DNA of 64,000 nucleotides. Source: Bacteroidales bacterium UBA1173 (GTDB lineage Bacteria; Bacteroidota; Bacteroidia; Bacteroidales; F082). The stretch lies in contig DBYZ01000003.1 in the NCBI GenBank assembly GCA_002311655.1, positions 59,868-123,867 of the forward strand. Reading direction: 5' to 3'. The notes beneath the pieces were generated by a model, which worked only from the letters and a program-made list of their open reading frames with translations, was not told the DNA's origin and did no database searches. Of this stretch, positions 56,052 to 63,930 are shown in pieces. The translations under genes were made by a program, and so were the position numbers. The first letter of the stretch is position 1; the number at the start of each line of letters is the position of its first letter.

Positions 56052-56639
56052 ATGAACATCAATTTTGTAGAGATATTCGGTGCCTTCTTCGTGATGGCAG
56101 CCATCATCGACATCTTCGGCTCCATCCCGATTTTTGTCAGCATGAAAGAACAGAACAAGGTCATCAAGGCAGGCCAGGCCTGCCTTGTGGCTTTGGCATT
56201 GTTTTTAGCGTTTTTCTTCGCCGGTGACGGATTGTTGAAACTGTTCGGCATCGACAAGGAGTCGTTCGCCGTGGCAGGCTCGTTTGTGCTGTTTGTGCTT
56301 GCCGTCGAGATGATTCTCGGTCGCGAAATCATCAAAAACGAGAACAACAACGGCGGTGCAAGCATCGTACCTGTGGCATTTCCGCTGATAGCAGGTCCGG
56401 GCGCCCTCACAGGTCTCCTCTCACTGCGCGCCGACTACGCCATCATCAACATACTCATCGGATTGCTGCTCAACATCGCCCTCGATTACGTAGTGATTCG
56501 TTATCTTGATAAAATCCAAAAGTTTTTAGGAAAAAACCTGGTTTTCATCCTCAGAAAATTCTTCGGCGTGATTTTGCTGGCGATTGCCGTCAACATGTTC
56601 GTCAACAACATCATGGTGATTATCGCGAAAGTTAATTAA
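56052..56639 (+). CDS. MarC-family (UPF0056) integral membrane protein
   Basis: It has 'IDIFGSIPIFV', 'VPVAFPLIAGPGALT' and six hydrophobic segments. Confidence 0.8.
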   Translation: MNINFVEIFGAFFVMAAIIDIFGSIPIFVSMKEQNKVIKAGQACLVALALFLAFFFAGDGLLKLFGIDKESFAVAGSFVLFVLAVEMILGREIIKNENNNGGASIVPVAFPLIAGPGALTGLLSLRADYAIINILIGLLLNIALDYVVIRYLDKIQKFLGKNLVFILRKFFGVILLAIAVNMFVNNIMVIIAKVN

Positions 56640-56698
56640 ATAAAACTTTGTTTTTTGTTCAGTTTTTTGTATTTTTGCAAAGTTAAAAATAAAAAAAC

Positions 56699-57523
56699 AT
56701 GAACAACAACGCAGAGTTTTGGGCTTCGGTCAACGGCATTATAACTGACGGCTTCACGTCTGAAGGTCTGCAAAAATTGGATAGTTATGCAGAGCAATTC
56801 ATCAGCGGGCGGTTGGTATATCAACGATTTTCACCGCGCGAACAGCATGGCTGCGCAGCGGGAGGTGCAACAAATGTCATTGCATCCTTACTCGCGGGAG
56901 CAAAAACTGGAACAGATAGCGAGCATCAGGCAGCAATCAGCGACTTCAAAAGAGAATGTCAACTTGGAGCGCAGCAGGAAGCAGTAATTGAAAAATGGGC
57001 GAAACGGGTATATTGCTGGTATGAAAATGTCGAGCAATTTCTTGAGGTCTCATTTGGATATCGCTTAGCCGAAGGAGGCGAAGCCATTGTTTATGACCAT
57101 GGCTCAACACTTATCAAGTCCATCGGATTGGATTATTTCATACAGCCTATTTTTGCCCTCGACCGTATATCTTTGCACAACACCTACTTCCCGGAAACAA
57201 CAATGACTGTGCTTGGATTTGGTCGAACTGCAGAAGGTGATTTTAAAGTAATCGTTGAACAACCTTTTATAGAGGGTTCACATGTATCAGACGAAGAAAT
57301 AGCTGTTTTTGCTCAAAAAATGGGATTTGATTTGATAAATCCTAAAAACTGGACTTTTGCCACCCCTGAAATCTATCTTAGTGACCTTCACGATGAAAAC
57401 GTGATTCGCTCGAAAGAAGGAAATATTTTTGTTGTTGATTGCGATATTAGGATCAACACGCCGGAGTTGAAATGCGGTGGAAAAAGATTTTTGAATACAG
57501 AAGTTGAGTTTTGTAATTATTGA
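56699..57523 (+). CDS. stand-alone atypical protein-kinase-fold protein (polyvalent-protein kinase-like)
   Basis: The candidate Gly-rich loop and Lys are in 'LAEGGEAIVYDHGSTLIKS'. The catalytic-loop-like segment is 'YLSDLHDENVI'. 'IFVVDCD' is DFG-equivalent. The N-terminal roughly 110 aa are unassigned. Confidence 0.55.
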   Translation: MNNNAEFWASVNGIITDGFTSEGLQKLDSYAEQFISGRLVYQRFSPREQHGCAAGGATNVIASLLAGAKTGTDSEHQAAISDFKRECQLGAQQEAVIEKWAKRVYCWYENVEQFLEVSFGYRLAEGGEAIVYDHGSTLIKSIGLDYFIQPIFALDRISLHNTYFPETTMTVLGFGRTAEGDFKVIVEQPFIEGSHVSDEEIAVFAQKMGFDLINPKNWTFATPEIYLSDLHDENVIRSKEGNIFVVDCDIRINTPELKCGGKRFLNTEVEFCNY

Positions 57524-57552
57524 AACTATTACAACATGGAGATAAATATATA

Positions 57553-57578
57553 AAAGAGGACGGCTAGCCGTCCTCTTT
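57553..57578. terminator. bidirectional terminator
   Basis: aaagaggacgg-ctag-ccgtcctcttt is a perfect 11-bp stem. It lies between the kinase-like gene (+) and the 46-aa ORF (-). Confidence 0.8.
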
Positions 57579-57590
57579 AGTGTTGCAAAA

Positions 57591-57731
57591 TTAAACATCG
57601 ATTTCAACTGCCAAATTCCTTTTGCAAACACTCTTTAAAGTCCAAAAACCTTGGATTGCTACAAAGAAATACTCATTGATTTGAAGGTAACAACCATCAT
57701 AAGGATTAATTGTTTTAAAAAATTTGTTCAT
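57591..57731 (-). CDS. unannotated small ORF, 46 aa (MNKFFKTINPYDGCYLQINEYFFVAIQGFWTLKSVCKRNLAVEIDV)
   Basis: It is below the ORF-track cutoff. A TATCTTTG box (57754-57761, minus) lies 22 nt upstream of the ATG, and the terminator hairpin begins 13 nt after the stop. Confidence 0.45.
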   Translation of the reverse strand: MNKFFKTINPYDGCYLQINEYFFVAIQGFWTLKSVCKRNLAVEIDV

Positions 57732-57887
57732 CTTTTTATTATTAAGATTTTTACAAAGATAACAATTCTTATGGAATTAATCAAGTGATTAATTGCCATT
57801 GTTAGACAATCTTAATTAAACCACTAAATAAGCATTAAACTTTTCCTTAAAGATTTTAATTTTTTTATTAATTTTGCATTCAAAGAA

Positions 57888-58463
57888 ATGATTCATAATA
57901 GTATGCGAGTATCACAATTGTTAAAGCATCTAAACATTAGTCTTGATACATTAAATCAAGAATTGATTCACATGCATTATCCACAAGTTAACTTGAATTC
58001 AAAGGTTTCCGATAATGATTATGTATTTCTTTCCGCCTATTTTGCATCAGAAGAAATGAATGCGCTAACAAATGCATATCTAGAAGCAGCCAAATGCAGA
58101 CATAAACTCGATGTATTCTTTCTGAAAGATTTTAAACCAATTGATCAATTGGGCAACATTGAAAAAATGTTGTATTTTAGATGGATCATTAATTATGGAC
58201 ACCAATTCTTGTCATTTCAAATGTTATTTCCAAATGCAGTTTCATTAGCTTTTTCAGAAGATGTTTTTGAGAAATTATATAAATGGTATGAAAGCTGGAA
58301 ATCAAAAGGGGAAAACGAAAGGGAAAAAGAAGAAAATGATGCTTTAATCAGGTTGGTTGACAATAACACAGAGCATAAACGCCCAATAAAAACATCCATT
58401 GACGAAGAAACTGCAATCATGAGCGCTCTTAAACACGGATATGGCGATGTTTACGGTTTCTAA
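57888..58463 (+). CDS. hypothetical protein with IF2_N-like N-terminal helix-turn-helix
   Basis: 'MRVSQLLKHLNISLDTLNQELI' resembles the IF-2 N-terminal region type HTH. It has an acidic/basic linker and a C-terminal 'IMSALKHGYGDVYGF'. A TAATTTTG box sits at 57869-57876. Confidence 0.5.
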   Translation: MIHNSMRVSQLLKHLNISLDTLNQELIHMHYPQVNLNSKVSDNDYVFLSAYFASEEMNALTNAYLEAAKCRHKLDVFFLKDFKPIDQLGNIEKMLYFRWIINYGHQFLSFQMLFPNAVSLAFSEDVFEKLYKWYESWKSKGENEREKEENDALIRLVDNNTEHKRPIKTSIDEETAIMSALKHGYGDVYGF

Positions 58464-58498
58464 GCAATCTCGTAAATCATATAGAAAAACACAAAACA

Positions 58499-59500
58499 AT
58501 GCTCACGCCCGAAGAATACGAAAAAAAGAAAAATGAAGCCAAGGAAGCTGCTTTGGCAGGCGATATTACAGCCCAATGGAAATATTCAAAGTACCTGATG
58601 GGATCTAACAGCACCTATGAGGAGTATCGCCAAGGATTGGTGTTTCTATTATTAGCAGCTTCACATGGACAATGTTTTGCACAAATCGACCTCGCTTATA
58701 CAGAGTTCTATGGCAAAGGAGGTCAGAAAGACATTGATGATGCTTTGTTGTTATGTAAACGGGCTATATCGACCTTTCAAGAAGCAATTCAAAAGCATAA
58801 TAGAGATGATAAAGCTAATCTTTCTTTTTTAATGCGCAATCAGAACAAGGCTATTAGGCTTCGTGATACAATTTTAAAGCTACGATCAATAACAGAACCA
58901 GTATCCGACGCACAATTAACTCTGTGTCAAGCCTTCGAGCGTCACGATATAAGTATATTAGAACCTATGCTTGACGACCAGGCCACATTCTCTTTGATGT
59001 GTCGTCCACATTATACTGGCAAAACTGAAGTGTTAAATTGTTTTGAGAAATTGTTAACAAAAGATTATCATGTTTCTTTTGTGCCAACAGAACGATATGG
59101 CATGGTCGTGGAGCTTTATATTCCAAATGACATACACAATTTAATACGTTCTTTGCTAATTGTGAGAACCAATGACAAAGGGAAGATTCATCGTATAGCC
59201 CATCAAGCTTATAACGGAGGAGATTACTGCTTTCCGCCAGGATGCGAGCCTTTCGATTGGAAAGAGATAGAACCTTGCTTAAACGATATAGATACAGCTC
59301 GTCATCCTCAAAGTGCAATAGTTAGAGGACGCATGTTCTGCATGAATTGTGGCAAACTGAGCCACGAATTAAAATGGATTCATTTCCATTCCAACCCCAA
59401 ATTACACAACGGCTTTTCATACATAGGTCGCCTGTCTGTTTGTCCTGACTGTCATCAGCAAGTAGAGTTTATCTGTGAAGATTGTAAAATAGAAATTTAA
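58499..59500 (+). CDS. Sel1-like repeat protein with a C-terminal double CxxC zinc ribbon
   Basis: The Sel1-like segment is 'AGDITAQWKYSKYL...AASHGQCFAQIDLAYTEFYGKGGQKDIDDALLLCKRA'. The C-terminal zinc-ribbon segment is 'CMNCGK...CPDCHQQVEFICEDC'. Confidence 0.55.
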   Translation: MLTPEEYEKKKNEAKEAALAGDITAQWKYSKYLMGSNSTYEEYRQGLVFLLLAASHGQCFAQIDLAYTEFYGKGGQKDIDDALLLCKRAISTFQEAIQKHNRDDKANLSFLMRNQNKAIRLRDTILKLRSITEPVSDAQLTLCQAFERHDISILEPMLDDQATFSLMCRPHYTGKTEVLNCFEKLLTKDYHVSFVPTERYGMVVELYIPNDIHNLIRSLLIVRTNDKGKIHRIAHQAYNGGDYCFPPGCEPFDWKEIEPCLNDIDTARHPQSAIVRGRMFCMNCGKLSHELKWIHFHSNPKLHNGFSYIGRLSVCPDCHQQVEFICEDCKIEI

Positions 59501-59505
59501 CTATT

Positions 59506-60228
59506 ATGAAAGCATTGCTGATAACAATTTTATGCTTGTCATTTAATTCAATAGGCAACATTCATAATGATTCTTTAATTTCTACTTGGCTTAAATACAA
59601 CACTCCAGTTAACGGATACGAAGTTATTATACACTGCACCCAAGAAAAGCCTGAAAGTTCATATTTTGTCACAGAAATATATCTTACAAAAGCAAGCAAA
59701 ACGGATACCATTCATCAGACTATTAGTTTTGACAACTGGGATCCGTGGCAATTACAAGGATTATCTGAAAAAGACACCGTCATCATTCAAAACACACACA
59801 TATCACAACATATTGAGTGGACAAATATCGTGTATTTTGAGGATATGAATTTTGATGGTGAGAAAGAATTGGTGGTTTGTGGGCATCCACGACCCGATCG
59901 TTCATTGGAAGAAGACTATATTGATTGCGAAGACTTCACTGTTTATCAAAAAACAGATTCCGGCTATAGCAAATTACATAACTTAGTGTTTGATGAGTTG
60001 TCAGAAGGCGTGTGCCGCACAGGTTTTTTGTTTGATACAACACAAAAGACCATAACATTAACTGGTTTCTTAGGTGCTGGCGGTTTTGAAAAGGAGACTT
60101 TCTATTTCAGTAACGGAGAACCTTTCAAGGTAACTTATTCTTATCTTGATCATGATGGAGCTAAACAATACGATTATAAGTTTGTTATACCTGATGAAGT
60201 TGAAGAATATTTGAACACAAAACTTTAA
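59506..60228 (+). CDS. secreted hypothetical protein with an FG-GAP/VCBS-like Ca-binding motif
   Basis: It has a signal peptide 'MKALLITILCLSFNS' and 'DMNFDGEKELVV'. Confidence 0.5.
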   Translation: MKALLITILCLSFNSIGNIHNDSLISTWLKYNTPVNGYEVIIHCTQEKPESSYFVTEIYLTKASKTDTIHQTISFDNWDPWQLQGLSEKDTVIIQNTHISQHIEWTNIVYFEDMNFDGEKELVVCGHPRPDRSLEEDYIDCEDFTVYQKTDSGYSKLHNLVFDELSEGVCRTGFLFDTTQKTITLTGFLGAGGFEKETFYFSNGEPFKVTYSYLDHDGAKQYDYKFVIPDEVEEYLNTKL

Positions 60229-60254
60229 ATTTGCACCGATAAAAACTTTGTTTT

Positions 60255-61970
60255 ATGTCAAAAACTAACGAATCCTCACCAAACCGCACCATCCGCAAAG
60301 CTTCTCTTCCAAAAGATAGCGAGAAACTGATGGAAGTCTTCACCGCAGCTAAAAACATCATGGCGGCTGACGGCAATGTAAACCAATGGGTTGACGGCTA
60401 TCCATCGCTGAATGTTGTGCAGTCTGACATTGAAAAAGACGGCGGTTTTGTGGTCGAAGACGATGGAAAAATCGTGGCATATTTCGCTTTTCTGCCATCA
60501 CCGGAACCTACCTACGATAAGATTTATGATGGCAAATGGCTTAACACAAAGCCTTACTACGTGATACATCGCATCGCAAGCTTTCCTGAAGTGCACGGAA
60601 TATTCCAGAGTATCATGGAATTCTGCTTCGCCAAAGAGCGAAACATCCGCATTGATACGCATCGCGATAACCGTATTATGCAGCATAATATCGAGAAACA
60701 CGGATTCAAATATTGCGGCATCATACATCTCGCCAACGGCGATGAACGTATGGCTTACCAAAAAGATACGGATAAGAAAAAACTTTCACTTACTGCACAA
60801 ATCGGTATCGCTCTCGTGCTGGCAGTGATAGCAGGCGTCATATTACGCAACCAAGCTACCTTTGTCAACGAATACATAAAACCCATCGGAACAATATTCC
60901 TTAACTTACTGAAATTCATAGTCGTTCCGCTTGTGCTGTTTTCCATCATGGCAGGCATACTTTCGATGAACGATGTCTCAAAAGTTGGCAGGCTTGGACT
61001 CCGCACATTACTATATTTTATTGTTACAACTATATTCGCAGTAACGCTTGGACTGGTGGTGCCGAGTCTGGTAAAAGGCTTTTTGCCGACCATAAAAATA
61101 AGCACTGAATCCATATCACAGACAATCGAAACGCCGAAACTATCGGTTATAGATCAGATAGTCGCAATGTTTCCCGATAACCTTCTCACGCCTGTAAGTT
61201 CTATGGCCATGATGCAAGTCATAGTGATTGCTCTGTTTTTTGGCATTGCCATGGTTCATATAGGCGAAAAAGGCGAGATGGCACGTAAGGTAACGCTCAG
61301 CTTCAACGACGTGGTGGGCAAGATTCTGGAATACATCATGGCACTGGCGCCTATCGGTGTGTTCTGCATGCTGACACCTGTGGTCGTGGAAAACGGCCCG
61401 TCAGTTCTTGGCTCTTATGCGGCACTGCTGGCATTGGCATATTTCTGCTTCGTCGTACATGCAGGACTGGTTTATTCATCTGCTGTGTGGATTTTAGGTG
61501 GCCTCTCCCCTATAAAGTTCTTCAGGGGCATGCAGCCTGCCATGCTATTCGCCTTCTCAAGCGATTCGTCGGTCGCTACTTTGCCATATTCGATGCAATG
61601 TACCGAAAAACTTGGTGTTAGCAAAAACATCGGGCGTTTCGTGCTTTCGTTGGGCGCCACCATCAACATGGATGGTGTAGCCATATATCTTGGCGTTGCA
61701 TCGGTGTTCATGGCAAACTGCTGTGGCATCGACCTTACCATGAGTCAATATATGGCAATAGCCTTTGCATCAACAATAGCTTCCATTGGCACTCCCGGAA
61801 TCCCAGGCGGCAGTTTGGCATTGATGGCTATGGTGTTTGCTTCGGCAGGCATTCCTGTCGAATGTGTAGCGGTAGCCGCAGGTATCGACCGTATCATCGA
61901 TATGGGCCGCACCGTGATGTCTATCACCGGCGACGCATCTTGCGCCGTCGTGATGCAAAAACTATACTAG
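60255..61970 (+). CDS. in-frame fusion of a GNAT N-acetyltransferase domain and a dicarboxylate/amino acid:cation symporter (DAACS)
   Basis: Residues 1 to about 170 look like a GNAT ('VAYFAFLP...IHRIAS...IRIDTHRDNRIMQHNIEKHGFKYCG'). Residues from about 175 to 571 look like a DAACS ('KKKLSLTAQIGIALVLAVIAG', 'AFSSDSSVATLP', 'GATINMDG', 'PGIPGGS', 'IDRIIDMGRT'). There is no stop or start codon at the junction. Confidence 0.7.
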   Translation: MSKTNESSPNRTIRKASLPKDSEKLMEVFTAAKNIMAADGNVNQWVDGYPSLNVVQSDIEKDGGFVVEDDGKIVAYFAFLPSPEPTYDKIYDGKWLNTKPYYVIHRIASFPEVHGIFQSIMEFCFAKERNIRIDTHRDNRIMQHNIEKHGFKYCGIIHLANGDERMAYQKDTDKKKLSLTAQIGIALVLAVIAGVILRNQATFVNEYIKPIGTIFLNLLKFIVVPLVLFSIMAGILSMNDVSKVGRLGLRTLLYFIVTTIFAVTLGLVVPSLVKGFLPTIKISTESISQTIETPKLSVIDQIVAMFPDNLLTPVSSMAMMQVIVIALFFGIAMVHIGEKGEMARKVTLSFNDVVGKILEYIMALAPIGVFCMLTPVVVENGPSVLGSYAALLALAYFCFVVHAGLVYSSAVWILGGLSPIKFFRGMQPAMLFAFSSDSSVATLPYSMQCTEKLGVSKNIGRFVLSLGATINMDGVAIYLGVASVFMANCCGIDLTMSQYMAIAFASTIASIGTPGIPGGSLALMAMVFASAGIPVECVAVAAGIDRIIDMGRTVMSITGDASCAVVMQKLY

Positions 61971-61983
61971 ATGACAATAAATC

Positions 61984-63021
61984 TTATCGCACCATGAATT
62001 TTGTCGTTTCAAGGATTTTTTCGCCCTTGATCTGCAAAATATAGAGTCCCTTTTCCAATTCGGCAACTGAAATACTACCCTCAGACTGCCCTGAAGCTAC
62101 TTTTTGTCCCATCACATTGAAAATGGAATATTCCACCATTTCGCAAGGAATGTTCATATAAATGACATCGGAAGCCGGATTCGGATAAACATCAAGCGAC
62201 TGCTTACTTGCGAGTTCATTGACAGAAGTGTGATCTGTCGGGATGATGTTCAAGATGATGCCTTCAATCTTTGTCCATCCGTAATTAAATCCACCGAAAT
62301 CAGGGATGTCGAACCAGTTATCCATGGTACCGCCCCAGCCAAAGTTGATATGGAACTTGCCGTCAGATTCGCGATAGCCATCGACAACCACATTATGGCC
62401 GGAGGTTCCCGCATTGTTTTCAACCGCCAGATGAGCAGGATAACCGTCTTGTAAATTGGAAATCAAAGTGGCATACATCTCATCGCTGGCTTCACGATAC
62501 AGCACACAGTCGGTGAAACCGAAACGCTGGTAGGCGGCATACGCCTGATTCACAGCAAAGGTGCCTGAGCCATAGTTAGGCGAAGCGGTAAAGACCTCTG
62601 TGCATGCCACGCCGCAAGCGAAAATCACAGCGGCAACCAACGAATCGGAAAGCTCCTCGCCACGCTGGAAGGTGGCGTCGACGGAATCCAACAACACATT
62701 AAGCTGCGGAAATGAAGGGAACATATAAGTCTCCCAATCGTCGTCGATATGGAATTGGCGACCTGCGTAATTGGCGGTGTAGTCGTCACCATCGTCGAAA
62801 CGAGTTTCTTGCGTCGTCCCCAAATAATTGATAATCTGACCCATAGCTGTTGCCGGACATCCGGTATAACAGCGGGCGTAATTCTCGAATGGATCTGCCG
62901 GACAAAGCATGTTGTACGGATAAGTCTGGTTCCATTTAGTAGTTAAGAGAGCTTTTTGCGCCATTCCCGTCAAAGCGCAAGACAATAGCATCAAGCAAAT
63001 AAAAATAGACTTTTTATTCAT
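61984..63021 (-). CDS. C10-family (streptopain-like) cysteine peptidase, T9SS cargo
   Basis: It has 'TKWNQTYPYNMLCP', 'CYTGCPATAMGQIINY' and 'GHNVVVDGY'. The CTD is 'VYPNPASDVIYM...GLYILQI'. Confidence 0.8.
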   Translation of the reverse strand: MNKKSIFICLMLLSCALTGMAQKALLTTKWNQTYPYNMLCPADPFENYARCYTGCPATAMGQIINYLGTTQETRFDDGDDYTANYAGRQFHIDDDWETYMFPSFPQLNVLLDSVDATFQRGEELSDSLVAAVIFACGVACTEVFTASPNYGSGTFAVNQAYAAYQRFGFTDCVLYREASDEMYATLISNLQDGYPAHLAVENNAGTSGHNVVVDGYRESDGKFHINFGWGGTMDNWFDIPDFGGFNYGWTKIEGIILNIIPTDHTSVNELASKQSLDVYPNPASDVIYMNIPCEMVEYSIFNVMGQKVASGQSEGSISVAELEKGLYILQIKGEKILETTKFMVR

Positions 63022-63083
63022 AATAAGGTTAATTATAGGATTAAGGCTGCAAAGATAGGATTTTTTTTAATTATTAGTAGTTT

Positions 63084-63437
63084 TTATCCAATATATTTTA
63101 ATCCGACAATAGACAAATTCTTCTTCGCTTCTTTATTATTGGCATGTATCGCTTCCACCTTCGGGCAATGCTCCATCTCAGGGCAGTCGCCACAAGTCTC
63201 ATGATTTTTGCTTAGAGCACATTTGCGAATCTCACACAGATTGTTACAGAAAACAGTCTTAGCTCCGTCCATGCGACAGCCTTCACAATTAATTTGCTCT
63301 GGTAAAATAGATGTTTTGTTCAACTCCGACCAAAGTTTTGCGGTCTTCTCGCGTAGGGCCTGATCATTGTTCTTGGTGGCGATAAAAGCATCGCATTTCT
63401 CACAGTTAAGCCCGCAGATGGCAATCATTTTATTCAT
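63084..63437 (-). CDS. DUF3795-like Cys-rich protein
   Basis: It has 'CGLNCEKCDAF', 'CEGCR', 'CEIRKC' and 'CGDCPEMEHC'. Confidence 0.7.
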   Translation of the reverse strand: MNKMIAICGLNCEKCDAFIATKNNDQALREKTAKLWSELNKTSILPEQINCEGCRMDGAKTVFCNNLCEIRKCALSKNHETCGDCPEMEHCPKVEAIHANNKEAKKNLSIVGLKYIG

Positions 63438-63685
63438 TTTTGTAATGCTTTTTCATTTAACATTTCGCAAATCCTATCTTCCCTGATGATTTTAGGAGCC
63501 GATTTTCCTGCAAGCACCAATATTTTCTTGCCGTTACGATAGATATGAAGCTGGCGTGAGCGAACCATAGCGGTCAGTTCCGGGTCATCTTGTATAGCCA
63601 GCCACAGACGATGATATATGCCGTCATCTTCAAACAACTTCTTCTGCAAGTGCGAGCAAAGGTTTGTGGTGTCGAGGGTTGTCAT
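63434..63685 (-). CDS. hypothetical protein (83 aa)
   Basis: It is coupled to both neighbours by overlapping stop/start codons. No family was recognised. Confidence 0.45.
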   Translation of the reverse strand: MTTLDTTNLCSHLQKKLFEDDGIYHRLWLAIQDDPELTAMVRSRQLHIYRNGKKILVLAGKSAPKIIREDRICEMLNEKALQK

Positions 63686-63870
63686 TATTGATACTTGTTA
63701 AATTGATACTTTTCTCTCAATTCAGCCTTTTTCTCTGGTGGCAATGATTTGAAGTATGATTTCCATCCGGGACAGAAATTGATGTGCCAACGCCAGAAAC
63801 GCCCCATAAATGATTTGGGCTTGGCATCATAATGAGCACGAATTTTACAGTTTTCGCAAGGGTGTGCCAT
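63685..63870 (-). CDS. small Cys-containing protein (61 aa)
   Basis: 'HPCENCKIRAHYDAKPKSFMGRFWRWHINFCPGWKSY' is present. A TAATTTTG box (minus) lies upstream. Confidence 0.55.
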   Translation of the reverse strand: MAHPCENCKIRAHYDAKPKSFMGRFWRWHINFCPGWKSYFKSLPPEKKAELREKYQFNKYQ

Positions 63871-63930
63871 AGTGTTTATTTTTTGAATGATGCAAAATTA
63901 CTTGTTTTTTCCTATCTTTGCAAAAAAATT

